From the human T2T-CHM13v2.0 reference genome, Homo sapiens, in assembly GCF_009914755.1 (NCBI RefSeq), contig NC_060936.1: a DNA stretch of 64,000 bases; one strand, given 5' to 3'. The notes under the pieces are model-generated. The model was not told the origin of the DNA. It ran no database searches and saw only the letters and a list, made by a program, of their open reading frames with translations. Positions within the stretch are counted from its first letter, which is position 1; each line of letters begins with the position of its first letter. Positions 31,981 through 44,436 of the stretch are shown in pieces. Position numbers and translations under genes: made by a program.

Positions 31981-32270
31981 TCCTTTTTTTTTTTTCAAGG
32001 TAAGCATCTTGCTCTGTCACCCAGGCTGGAGTGCAGTGGCTTCATCTCTGCTCACTGCAACCTCCACCATCTCCTGGGCTCAAGCCATCCTTCCACCTCA
32101 GCCTTCCGAGTAGCTGAGACCACAGCCATGGGTTACAATGCCTCAGATAACAAACATTACTTTTTTTGATAGGATGGGGTTTCTCCATGTTGCCCCTGCT
32201 GGTCTCAAACTCCTGGGCTCATACAATCCCAAAGTGCTGAGATTATAGGCATAAGCCATTGCACTGGGCA
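31981..32270 (-). mobile_element. Old Alu (J-type) with small deletion
   Basis: Poly-T followed by reverse Alu dimer. Confidence 0.85.
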
Positions 32271-33104
32271 GGACAATTTTTTTTTTTAAATTAAAACTAG
32301 AACTTCTTATTGAGGGAAATACGACCATGTATTTTAAATTGTAAAAAACAGTTCTGCATGTGATCTTCATATAGAAAACATTAATATATTTTCTGTATAA
32401 AAAGAAGGGAGGAATAAAAGATTTGAGCTGATGACCTTTCAACATACAAAGTCTACAAGCTTTTTATTTAAAGCCATTGTTTGTATGTTAAATTTTACAA
32501 TAATTGAGATAATTATAGATACTTTAGTAGTTGGAAATGAGTCAGAAATACATGCATGGTCTACATGTTGGAAATAATTTTGTTATACTAAGGTAGACCC
32601 ACTAGGGTACTATAGCATGTGCAGTGGAGAAATGACCCTAGCAAGTTGTCAAAAGTCACTAGGGGCTCAAAGTTGTAGGGCATTAGGACCTAGTGTTCAT
32701 AGTTACAGAGAACATTTTAGCTCTATTATGTAGTATCCTATAGCTGCCCATTATTCAAGGAGGGCAATTGTCAGTCACTCCCCTTGGGAATCCTTCTGAA
32801 TATAGGATTTTTCTGTTAGAGAAACTCTGCTATGTACCTCTATTTATACAAGTATTTATATGTAAGCGGATTTCTAAAATGGTTGACATCTAAAAGTTAA
32901 ATTCTGCACTTGTTATACCCATCTTGACTGGATTTATCTTGAAATGAAAGTATACTTGATTTAAGGCAATGCCAGAGAAGTATTTAAATGTAGTTTGTTC
33001 CAGGAATACATTTGTCTCCAACACTCCCTCCCTGCCTCTCCCCCTGCCCCTTGTAGTAGAACTACTAGATCATATTACCATGCAGCAATATATAGGTAGA
33101 GCAG

Positions 33105-33529
33105 TAAAAGATTCTCGCAGGGCCTGAAAGCTTAAGGGAATGAATAACTCCTCTCTTCTGAGGCCCAGTCCCAAGACGCAAGACCACTTGCGCCAGCAGC
33201 GTGCATCAGCAAGATAGCAAAAGCAGGACGAGAGCTGCCCGGAAGACATCTACCTGGCCAGAAGACACCTACCCTGGCCGGAAGACATGTACCCCTGAAG
33301 ATAGAGAAAGAGGCCATCGTGTACTACGTAGCAGTCATGTCAGACTGGGACACTTCCTGTTTACAGAGGACTATAAAACCCCTGTCCTGTCCTCACTTGG
33401 GGCTGACGCCATCTTAGGCCTCAGCCCGCCTGCAGCCAGGCGTTCGTTAAAACAGCATGTTGCTCCACACCGCCTTGTATTGTTTGTTGGTCCCACTCTC
33501 TGGGCTCGAACCAATACAAGCACCTTTCA
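33105..33529 (+). mobile_element. Solo LTR, LTR3-like (HERV-K HML-6)
   Basis: Termini taaaag...ctttca, 5-bp TSD AGCAG, TATAAAA at 33372, locally CpG-rich. Confidence 0.7.
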
Positions 33530-36500
33530 AGCAGTATATTCTTCAGTGTCTTGATCCTCCAAATAACTCTCTTCTAATTCCTCCTGACCACAAAAAGCAC
33601 TTATACTCTAGGATGACTGATTCCAGCCCAGTGGCCTGGCAAGGGTGAATTACACCTTGCATATCACACTCTTGACATTTGTGTGCGCTAGCATAAGAAT
33701 TATAATTGAAACAGGGATTTAAGTATCTCCTCTCTAGGTGCCTACCCTCCTTGGACTCAGGTCAAATTTATTAAAGGAAGTTTTGTTTCTAGATAGGTTG
33801 TTTGAAATAAAATAACAGAATGTTCAAGTAACACAGTGTACCTACAGCTTTTAACAAAATTGAGGACTTGGGTCTCGAAACAATTTCCTTTGATTTTCAG
33901 GTATTTTATCTATAAAAAGGGAGATAAAGCATTAGTTCATAGGACAGTTATATGTTTAAATGTGATAATGTATATTAACCACCTTGCATGTATTCAAATG
34001 TGTTTTGAAATCTAACGTCTACATTTTGATAGTTTAACTGTTCTACATAAGTGACTTACAACAGGCATTAAATATTGTTTGGCATTTTCATATATCTGTA
34101 ACTGTATCTTAATCTACAATGAGCTTAATTTTAAGTGTAGCATAAAACAGAACCTTCAATAAAGTGGTAATATTAGGAATGATATCCAGTTATCTTATAC
34201 ACTTATAAAGTTACCTATAAATTCTTACGAATATTTTTCTAAAGTAAAATTTTGATTTTACTTTAATTATAGATGAGAAGCAACAAAGCAACATTTATAA
34301 CAATTTATCCCACTCAGGCATTTGTTCCCACCAAATGTGTATATTGATATACGTACACATAAAATATTCCTGTGTTAGATTGTCGTCACATCACTTATAT
34401 AAACTATTAACCCACTACAAACAAATTTGTTTTTCAAGTATTACAGTTGCATTGATTTTGATTTTGAAAATATGCATTCAACTATCCATTGCTTCTATGG
34501 AAAAGGACGGGTAATTCTTAGCACCAACCATTAGAGCATTAATGTCAACCGTAAAAGGAAACATCATTGACCTGGGGCAAGGGCAGGGGCAGAGGGGAGA
34601 TAAAGGACAGAGAATATTATCTTGGGAAAGAGTTCAACTCTAGAGATTTAACTGGTTCTCATATAGTCTGCATAATGGTATCTGCAGCTCAAAGGTAATG
34701 TATCTGATTAGAGTTACACTAGGGGAAATAGGGCAGAGTTAATTAATCATTTTGTTATTTTGGGAGATTTTACACTTATAGTTGCTCGCATCACTAACAA
34801 GTAACTTTTAGACACCACATAACATGTCTATGACCTCATTTGTGTATTTACTGAATACTTATTGTAACTAGGAAGTATTGAATGCCACTGTTCTGAGTGC
34901 TTGGTAACTATTATCTCACTTAGTCTTTACAATCTCATTTCATCCATGAGGTAGGTACTATAGATGAGGAAAATGAGATGTCAAAATTTCAGTAACAACC
35001 CTGAGGTCACACAAGCAATAAATGATAGTTTTGAATGCATAAACCATAGTCTTAATCATTAAATTCCCATGAGGCTTCTGCAATGGATCTAACACCTGGG
35101 TGTCAGTGCTGCTGGTTCATAGACCACACTTTAAAAATCATGGCAGTAGACAATGTGAAGTGTCCATTTACACACTATTTTACCAGAAGCCAAAACTACA
35201 TTTCAAGGACAAGCTTGTTCATACTTAGTTCTGTGGTATTAATAACAACTGAAATATCTGATATGTCAGCCCAATAGAATTGCTATAAGATTTTCTGGGT
35301 CTTGCTAATAAATTTAGACTGAACTAATGTTCAGAAATTATGTGAGATAACTTTATAAAATGTAGTTTAACATATAATGGTCAACAGTGTTTTGCAGTTA
35401 TAATACAATTCTTCTTAAATATTGAGTATTTTGTCTTCACAATATACCTAAGTGATAAAGTATAATCACTAACACTGAGGAAAGAGAAACCCAAGGCAAG
35501 TGGCCACCATCACAGGTCACTTAGGCAGCAGGACAACACACATCCAGGCCTTCCCATGCCACATCCAAATCTTCTCTTCCATTAGCCGACCTTGACATTG
35601 GACTGTATTCCACTAATTAACTAAAACTAAATAAAGAAAAATGCTACTTAGCTACTGAAACAGCTAAGATAGCCACATTCTGATTTTGATTTTAATATAT
35701 AGATAATCAAGGCCAAGGTGATATGACAACATTGAGTAATTTTCGGTTGTCTTACATTAACATAAACCTTATTGAATACAAAACATGGCTGCATGTATCA
35801 TTTTATTACGCTGCTAAAAAAACCTGTAATTTAAGGACTTTTTTTAGTCTTATCGACTCCCTTAACCCAAGGTCACCTATAGGAGATGTATCATTTATTT
35901 CCCAGATCTGTAGGTTTGTGTTAACTGGAGGAGATTAGTCATTTCACCTCTACATTTATTTTAATAGAACTAAATATGTTACAAATACTGTCTTCCTCAT
36001 ATACGGATGTTCTACAATTTTATAAAATCATACTCAGAGTTCAGAGTTGATCTCTAGATGTCAAGTGTATTTACCATCTTTAGAGGGCTAATATTTTCAC
36101 ATCAAATAAAATTCCTCGAGGTTACTGTGGAGACAAAGTAATGAAGACAAATCAAGAAATGCTGTCAGTCTCTAGAGGATGAAAATGCCAGAATCTCCAC
36201 ATGAGAAAAAAAACCTCAGAATAGACAGCAACAACGCTTATCAAGTCCAGGCCCTATAATCATGTTTTATGATTTATAACGTTATTTTTCTGACAACTGG
36301 CAGAATAGCTCCATTCTTGAAAGAAATGCCTAACTGGCACCTCATCCTCACTGTGCTCACCCAATAAAGTTTGAAATGATTTTAATAATAATGAATTTAT
36401 TTTGGAAAATTGTATTTTCTCTTCATGTGTACACATACCTCTAAAACTAAAACTGTGCAAGAGGCTCTCCATGGGAGTTGAGAACTATGGTGCTCCAATC

Positions 36501-37735
36501 ATGCTGAGCAAGAAACCCTAAGATCCCCCTCATTACATGATAGTGGTTGGTTAGAATGGTGGGTGTCCCGGGATGACCAATCCCTTCAACCCCTAACATG
36601 GGTTAATTATTTCATATTAGCCATCAGGATTAGTAAAGCAAGCATCACAGTATCTGGCTAGTTAAAAAAAAAAAAAAGAAGAAGGTCAGGTAGAGAATCA
36701 TCAATGACTAATAGTTTTCTCCTCTCATTAATTTTTGCTGGTGTCTATTCTAGAAGATATGGATGGCATAAAAGTCAATAGAATAGATAATATGGATTCT
36801 GCATACTTCTCTCACTTGTCATTGGCCGTTGCTTCCAGACATGCTGGTCTTTCTATCCTCAGTTCCTCAAAGGCATCAAGCTCCTCTCAGCTCTTGGCCT
36901 TTAGACTTAGGGGTCCCTCTGCCCACGATAAACATCCTCAGCCTTACTCCTGGGTTCTCTAGTGATCTATGTTTTTATAGTGGTACATTTCCTTCAGACC
37001 ACTTGCAATGAGCAATCCATCTAACTCATTTAATGTCTGACTTTTCTACTAAACAATAACAATGTCAGAATGGGGTTTTGCTTATTCACCATTGTATTCT
37101 TATCACTGTTCACAGTGCTTGGCCCCCAGTAGTTCAATATTTGCTGAATAATGGTTCATGCACAAGAATGTAGACTCCTGAGGCATTGCACATGTTTACA
37201 TCCCTTAAAATAACTAGTGAATAACATCTTTGCATATGAAGGCAATTAATATGTGGTGAATTCTTAAATTTAAAATATTTTGCAGGAAGAAATAGAGAAA
37301 TGTCCAGATGGGATTGTAAATAAATTCAATCCTAAATGAAAAAAGGCTTCTCCAGTGAGAACATACTTAACTTTGACCTTTTGATTAAGTGTCATCAGTA
37401 AAGTATTTATGGGCTATGACTTGCATGGATTTATTACCTAGCTTCAGGAGCTGGATTCTTGATTTCCCTCTACTTATATATATTAGAACAGTAAAACACA
37501 TAGGGATGGCTACTTTTAATTTTATAGGTCATTCAGAAATTGCATCTTGTAGAAAGTAATGATATCTTAGAGTTTTGGTTATTCACCACTGCAATTTGGA
37601 ATGTTTGGTGTAATTTTAAAATTCCTAAGTTTTTTCCCCCTTTCTTCTATTCATCCTTTTGGCCACTGAAGCATTGCTGCATGGATTTGTGATATTTCAA
37701 TAATGAGAAATGAGAGGCAAGGTACTTTAATACTT

Positions 37736-37741
37736 TTTATT
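37736..37741 (-). terminator. CCER1: Probable CCER1 polyadenylation signal (AATAAA), giving a 3' UTR of about 1.3 kb
   Basis: tttatt on + strand with an adjacent ATTAAA; fits the recalled transcript length of about 3 kb. Confidence 0.6.
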
Positions 37742-39029
37742 ATTTAATAGCTCAAGCTTATCACCTTGAAAATTGTAATATATCAGTAACAACCAACATT
37801 CAGGTAAGACATCACCACACATTCTTCTCTTCAACAAATAAATGCTAACTTGTGGTTCAAAGTCAAAAGATTTAATTTCTGAGAAGGCATGTTTAAATTC
37901 ATCATCTAGGGATATTCTGGAAATATGCTATGGATGGAACTTTTATCAACTGTCCAGGAAGAAATGTATTATTACTTCCTAAAAATGTTTGAACAAAAGC
38001 TATTACTTTGAATGATGTATTCTCCATAGGTAATTGCTGTTTAGACATCAGAAACTAGCTCACACAGACTCACACTTACACATCTTTGTTTTACTCTTCT
38101 TTATAACAAAGACAAATTCAAAAACAAAATAAGATATTCCACCCCCAAAAGGTAGATAATCTTTTTATCTAAAAAAAAAAATCCATTCTGGAAAACTATT
38201 TTTATGGCTCCTCAGAACTTAGGATAAAGACTATATCCAATAACGAGGCTTCAAAACCTAAGCCATGTTCCACTGTTTGCAGTTACCTTGGACTTTAACT
38301 AGATGTGCAAGTTGACTTCTGACCATGGGGAATCCTCTCCATGACTGGATTATGGATTGTTGAGGCCATGGCAGATAACCAGTTCCACAGAAGCAACTTC
38401 ATGTTCTTCTGAGGAAGATCCATAGCACTGTGGAACAAGGAATATCAATAAGCGATGACACAAGAGCCTGCAAATGAGGTTAACAAAATATAACCCTCAA
38501 AAATGAACTCTGATGGTGGAAAAATCTATGAGGAAAAATATTGTTGAAAAAATACAGGGATTGAAAATGGCTTCAGTTATGTTAAGAGCACTGGTGAACA
38601 TTTAGTAGCGTTAGAATGTGCTTCTTACGCATGTAATAAACTATCTCTTGATTCCAAGCTCATTAAGTGGCCAAGTTGTATAAATTTGTTTCAAAAACAA
38701 ACGCTTTTTCAGCATTGCCAGATTTAAAAAAACAACAGCAACTCTGTTTTCTAGAGGGGAAAACACCAAATGAAAATATTCAAATGGTAGTAATAAAATA
38801 CTTGGCCTTTAATCAGTTCCAGTAAAATTATATTTGAAAGCTTCCCCACCACCCACCCATAGTCATACACATACGCATCAAATTTTAAACATTTTATAAT
38901 GGCCAAAGAAGGTGTTTACATAGATCTGTTTATTAATGGAACTCACTTTTTAATCAGTTTTTAATAAATTGCTAATCCAGTTTAGCCTCAAATCAGTTCC
39001 ATCCCTTTTCTCAATCCCTTTTCTGATGT

Positions 39030-40250
39030 CTAACAGTTAAAGTCCTGTGCCATGAACAGGGATTCCTGTGGCACTTTGGGAATTATCTGCTCTGGGTTTA
39101 AAAAAGTGCAGCTTATAAAGTTCTCTCTCTTTTCTTCAGCCTCTACGAAGATTGATAAAGGCATTTCCAGAGGCAAGTGAAATTCTTCCCCTCTCTGCTC
39201 GTTCTCCTCCAGGACCTCCTCTTCCTCTTCCAGCTCCTCCTCTTCCAGCTCCTCCTCTCCCTCCTCCACATATTCAGCCTCTTCGACCTCTTCTTCCTCC
39301 TCATCTTCGACCTCTTCCTCCTCATCTTCGACCTCTTCTTCCTCCTCGCTCGCCTCCTTTGCATCACACACCTCCTGGTCATACTCCTCCTCATCATCAT
39401 TTTTCTTCTCCTCCTCTTCTTCCACCAGCAGCGGGGCAAGAGACTGGTTTTCCTCTGGGTTGGGACTGAATGCTAGAGAGGGATTCTGCACAAAGCCATA
39501 CAGAGTTTCCTGCAGTCCCCAGGTTTCCTTGCTGCCGCCAGGGGGCGCGTCGTTTCCGGAGGATCTGGCTGGGGAGGCCTCGCCGCTCACCGTGGCCTTC
39601 TGCGCCCGCAGCGCCTCCTGCTGACGCTCCACCTTCTCCTGCTGCCTCATGTCCTCGTAGATCTGGTTCATGATGAATTGGGTGGTGTTGGGCGGCGCTC
39701 GCATGCCAGGCTCTCTCCACTCATACAGCTTGACCGGCCGCGGCAGCGTGCTCACATCCGCTGGCGGGCTCCGCGGGTAGGAGTGGCGAGGGTGGTGGCG
39801 CAGGCCGCGGCCTCTGCGGCCCCAGCGCTTCTTCCTGCCTGGGGGCTTCACCCAGCCAGGGTTCCAGGACCCGCTCCAGCAGGAGCAGCAGCAAAAGCAG
39901 AGAGGGTGCAGGCCATACACCCGAAACACTTGCACCGGGCAGGGGAATTTCCAGAATCCTGGAGGGGGTGGGCGCCAGGGCCCTCCCCAGCACCCCCAGT
40001 TAGAGCACACGGGTGGTTGGAACCAAAAGCCCGGGCCGTGCTGTTGCTTCGGCTGCTTCCTTGGGGGCCCATACTCGGTCTTGGGGCTATATCGGTGCGG
40101 TCTATTGTACGCTGGAGCACCCGGGCGCCTTCGATGGCAGGACGACCAGGAGCTCAAGGAGGCCGAGTGTGCCCAGCCACAGCCACAGCCGCCGCCGCCA
40201 CCGCCGCCCAGGTTCAGAGGGTCTTCCCTTGTGTCGAGGGTCTGAGTCAT
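39030..40250 (-). CDS. CCER1: Coiled-coil glutamate-rich protein 1 (C12orf12), single-exon CDS, 406 aa
   Basis: Longest ORF in the window; ATG in good Kozak context (gaaccATGa); Gly/Pro/Cys/Trp-rich N-terminus, basic tract, predicted coiled coil (MRQQEKVERQQEALRAQK), long Glu-rich C-terminus; lies in a CpG island next to EPYC as in the known locus. Confidence 0.95.
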   Translation of the reverse strand: MTQTLDTREDPLNLGGGGGGGCGCGWAHSASLSSWSSCHRRRPGAPAYNRPHRYSPKTEYGPPRKQPKQQHGPGFWFQPPVCSNWGCWGGPWRPPPPGFWKFPCPVQVFRVYGLHPLCFCCCSCWSGSWNPGWVKPPGRKKRWGRRGRGLRHHPRHSYPRSPPADVSTLPRPVKLYEWREPGMRAPPNTTQFIMNQIYEDMRQQEKVERQQEALRAQKATVSGEASPARSSGNDAPPGGSKETWGLQETLYGFVQNPSLAFSPNPEENQSLAPLLVEEEEEKKNDDEEEYDQEVCDAKEASEEEEEVEDEEEEVEDEEEEEVEEAEYVEEGEEELEEEELEEEEEVLEENEQRGEEFHLPLEMPLSIFVEAEEKRENFISCTFLNPEQIIPKVPQESLFMAQDFNC

Positions 40251-41010
40251 GGTTCAGGGAGCTCCGAGAGGTCCAGATGGTAGCGACCTGAAGCTGTCGT
40301 CAAGTTTTGCCAGGTAGGACGGTCAGAAGAGCCTCGTCTCGTCAACCTGTCTCTCCACGCAGCGCCACGTGTCTACCCCTGGGATCACGTTTTCCTCTCC
40401 AGGAGGCTGCTCTCTTCCTGGTTTGCACGCTCTTCGGTAGTAATCGCTTGTCCTTCGCACCTGGGTTGTCTCGCCCAGGTGTGCTGGGTGGGACTGGGGC
40501 TGGGTAAGGATGGTGGGGGAGGAAGGTGTTGGCAGGCGACACGCAGTGAGACCCACTCCCGGGTCCCCACCACACCCGGCTCTGCTGAGGCACGGGCTGG
40601 GGCCGGGGGAGGCAGGGGTTGCGCAGTTACCTGCTGCTCCCTCTCAACCCAGGTGCTTCACTGTCGCCGTCCTGGCAGGACTGTGGTGGCGAGGGCAGCG
40701 GCAGCCTTTAAATACTGGCTGTGGTCTCCCGCGTGCCCACTGCGTTCTTGGTCACCCAGGGCAACAGCCAATTGGGGTCGAAATCGTCCTCCCTGTGTGC
40801 AAGGCCGGGTTCTGTCCGGAACCAGGCTCCAGGTGAACATTCGCAGGGGGCTTGTGACGCAGCGTTTGGGGGAGGTGAAGAGGGGTCCAGGCTGGGTTTC
40901 TGCTGCTCAATTCAAGCAAGTCTGGAGGCAGTTTATCCGAAAGCTTTGTATCACCTTGAGGCGGGGGTTTAGAAGATGGGCCTTCATCTGAACCCGGTGG
41001 GGGCGGGAGA
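39500..41010. promoter_or_regulatory. CpG island over the CCER1 promoter, 5' UTR and 5' CDS
   Basis: Abrupt rise in GC and CpG density against the AT-rich background; limits judged by eye. Confidence 0.8.
40700..40865 (-). promoter_or_regulatory. CCER1 core promoter: TATA-like box, X-box, CCAAT, half-CRE
   Basis: TATTTAAA (40707-40714, minus), GTCACC-CAG-GGCAAC (40751-40765), CCAATTGG (40768-40775), TGACGC (40855-40860). Confidence 0.6.
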
Positions 41011-41748
41011 ACTTGAGTTTTGAAAACCCCACATTCTACACCTTTGGAGGGCCTAAGGGATCATGGAAAATTACTGGAGAAAGGAAACTTTGCCCAACCT
41101 CTTACCTTCTGGCCGGTGCCAACTCTTCTTACTCCTGAGAATTGGGATTCATAATACATAAAACAAGACCACGAACATTTATTATTGCATGTGCTCACTG
41201 ACAAATAATCCTGTCATCTACCCTGAGAGGTAGGCGTATCTTATCACCTGTCACAGATGAGGGAACTGAGAGCTTAATTTCCCCATGGTTGTGGGGCTAA
41301 TAAATTTCCAGGCTACGATTTAAGCCTAAACCTGTTTGACCCAAAAGTTAGGTTCCTAATGACATTGCTATGTGTTCTACCAAACCCCCAGTAGGACCCT
41401 TGTGATAACTAAATGACATAACATTTGGGAAGGTACTTTGCTATTGGTAATATACCGTACATGTGTACCTCAATTAAACAAATATTATTATTACCATAAT
41501 GAATACCACAGGTTTGTCCTTGGGAAGAGGAATATTCTGATTGTCTTTCCTTTTGTCCCTTCACTGACCATACAGCATATACACGGGAAGCCTTTAAAGC
41601 ATTGTGGTTAAGCATATGGGTTTTAATTTAAATAAATGGGATTCAACTTCAACTCACCAATTATTAATCTCTGTAAGCCTCAGTTTCCTTACCCATACCA
41701 TGATTATACTACCTTTTCCATACGGTTGTGTAAAGAATTAAATGCATA

Positions 41749-41906
41749 TAACAGGTCCTCTAATATTAATGTTTTGCTCAATGTCATTTCCTTATAACGT
41801 TGCTGAGGCAAAACAACAACAATAACAAAACCACGTTTCATTATATGTCTTCTCATTTAAAAGTAGCAGTTTCCAAGAACCTATGATGCTAAGTGAGGAC
41901 TTACTG
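41749..41906 (+). mobile_element. MER6-type Tigger MITE within a MIR
   Basis: TIR-like ends caggtcctc / gaggacttactg flanked by TA; MIR-like sequence on both sides. Confidence 0.6.
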
Positions 41907-43355
41907 TAATTCCTTCAAGTACTTAGTGCAGGTACCCTGTAAGTACTCAGTAACTGTTAACTATCATCCTTATTTGTAAATACTTCATGACTTCTAAAAG
42001 AGATGATATAGTATATGTAAAGGCACTTGTTCTTGATGCAAAAATAGGCATCCCCACCCTGGCTTGTGTCCTTTTCTTGTCCTTCTTTGTAAAACGTCAA
42101 GGAAAGTGCTACCATACTTGGTCCTAGAGAAAACCGTCTCAGTTTATATCCCTTTCTTACTTTTCTGTGCTGAGTGGAATTGCACAAAATGGAAAACTGC
42201 CTGCTGGGAACTTCAGTCTATATAAGGCTCCATTAAATGCCAGAAAAGCAAAATGTGTGAAAGCCCTGAAGCTGGCAAAGGTCATTTATGCATTCCTGGC
42301 TGAAAATTGAGAACATTATAGGGGGTCTTGGATCAGGACTCCAACATTTGCCCTGAGACCTGTAGAATCCACAGGCTTCATTTAATTTCATTTGCTCTGT
42401 GGTTTGCTGAGGACACCCCTGCTTGACTCAAAGTACAGAATGCTGACATGTTTAGCCTGCAGTATCCCTTTCTAGATATGGACTCACCTTTGGCAGTTAT
42501 TCTGACCCTGCTCTGTGTACTCAAAATGGAATGGTGAGAGCCCAGTTTTATTTTTTTCTAAGGACGTGTGTTATGCAAAAATGGGTTTTAATTGAGAGCA
42601 TTACAGATGGACCATGTTGCTGTGTTGAAATTCCAATCAGTTTCTTTTTGTTTTAAAAGAGATGGTTAACTCATTTTACAGGTAATTAAGGACATCATTT
42701 TTTGATCAGTTGATGTGACCTTTATACAGTTAATCTTGGCATTATATACTTTTTGCATGGTGAGAATATTTATTCTCCCTACTGAACAACATTGACACGT
42801 TATTGGCTTGCCCGAATTTTCTTAAGAGAAGCAGCAATTTATTATTTTGATTATGATTTTAATTTTACAGAGATTGGAATTATAATACAAGTTTTGAATG
42901 TACTGGTAAATCATCCAAGAAAATTTACCACTAAAGCATGTTAAACAAAAAGTCAGACATTTAATTAATTTTTAAAGACACTTTTATAGTTCTTTTTTTA
43001 GTGACAAATTATTGTATATATATATGGCACCATGTGATATTTCCATACATATATACTTTATGAAATGATCAAATTAGGCTAATTAGTATATTCAAGTATT
43101 TGTCGTTTAATTGTGGTGAGAATTTAAAATCCTCTCTTATAGCTATTTTGAAATACACAATACATTGGTGTTCATTGTAGTCACCTTGATGTGCATTAGA
43201 ACACCAAAACTTACTCCTTCTCCCTACCTGTAACTTTGTACCTGTTGACCAATGTAAGGACACATTTTTAATTGACCCATATTCTTTCAATACCATGAAA
43301 TGAAATATTCTGATTCAATATTGAAATATAACACATTCATCCTGTTGTTGAATAT

Positions 43356-44436
43356 TGTATTAGCTTTCTGTTGCTGCATAACAAATGATCACAACCTTGG
43401 TTACTTAAAACAATATACATTTATTATCTCAAGGTTTTCAGGAATCAGGGGTCCAGGAATATCTTAGTGGGCCCTTTGTCCATGGGTGCAACAGGCTGTG
43501 ATATGGTTTGGCTGTGTCCCTACCCAAATCTCATCTTGAATTGTAGCTCCCATAATTCCCACATGTTGTGGGAAGGAGCCAGTGGGAGATAATTGAATCA
43601 TGGGGGTGGTTTCCCCATACTGTTCTCGTGGTAGTGAATAAGTCTCACGAGATCTGATGGTTTTCTAAGGGGAAACACCTTTCTCTTGCTTCACATTCTG
43701 TCTTGCCTGCCACCACGTAAGACGTGATTTTGCTCCTCCTTTACCTTCTGCCATGAGTGTGAGGCCTCCCCAGCCAAGTAGAACTGTGAGTCCATTAAAC
43801 CTCTTTTTCTTTATAAATTGTGCCGTTTCGGGTATGTCTTCATTAGCAGCATGAGAACAGACTGCTACAGGCTGTAATTAAGATTTTGAATGGTTTGAGT
43901 TCTCACTGATGTGCTCAATTCAGAAAAATTCACTCCTAAGATCATTTATGGCATTGGCAGAATTTATTCCCCGTGGCTGTAAGACTGATGGCCCTGCCTT
44001 TTAGCTCTCTGTTGGCTGGAGCCCAGCTTTAGGACTTGAGGCCACCCACTAGTCCTAGGGGCTAAGGGCGGTTCTTAGACACTGCCCAAAGCAAGAACTG
44101 TGGGCTTCCTCAACGGGGCTGCTCACATCATCTAACTGGCAAAGAAAATCTCCATAGTTTCTCCTAGCAAGATGGAAAGTTACAGATGTAAATACAGACA
44201 TATACACGTGTGTGTGTGTGTGAAAGTGTGTGGCTGTTTATGATAATCCTGGCCTTGACATTCTTGCCTTAACATAATCCTGGGTTTTCCATCACCTTTG
44301 CCATAGTCTGTGGGTTAGAAGCAAGGCCCAGGTCCCCGTGGACACGCCGTGTGGAGGGGTTGGGGGAGTGGGTATTACACAAAGGTGTGAACACCAGGAG
44401 ACCAGGAGGCAGACAATCTTACCATCAGTTTCCCAC
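43356..44436 (-). mobile_element. MLT1-type LTR interrupted by THE1
   Basis: Starts tgtattagctttctgttgctgcataacaaat; continues after the THE1 insertion. Confidence 0.65.
43499..43869 (+). mobile_element. THE1 solo LTR
   Basis: tgatatggtttggctgtgtcc...gactgctaca with 5-bp TSD GGCTG. Confidence 0.9.

Noticed and set aside
39143-40991. Many overlapping ORFs around CCER1 (e.g. 39678-40283 +, 201 aa; 40479-40991 +, 170 aa)
   Set aside because: Expected by-products of GC-rich, stop-poor sequence; several start at TTG or GTG and show no recognisable domain.
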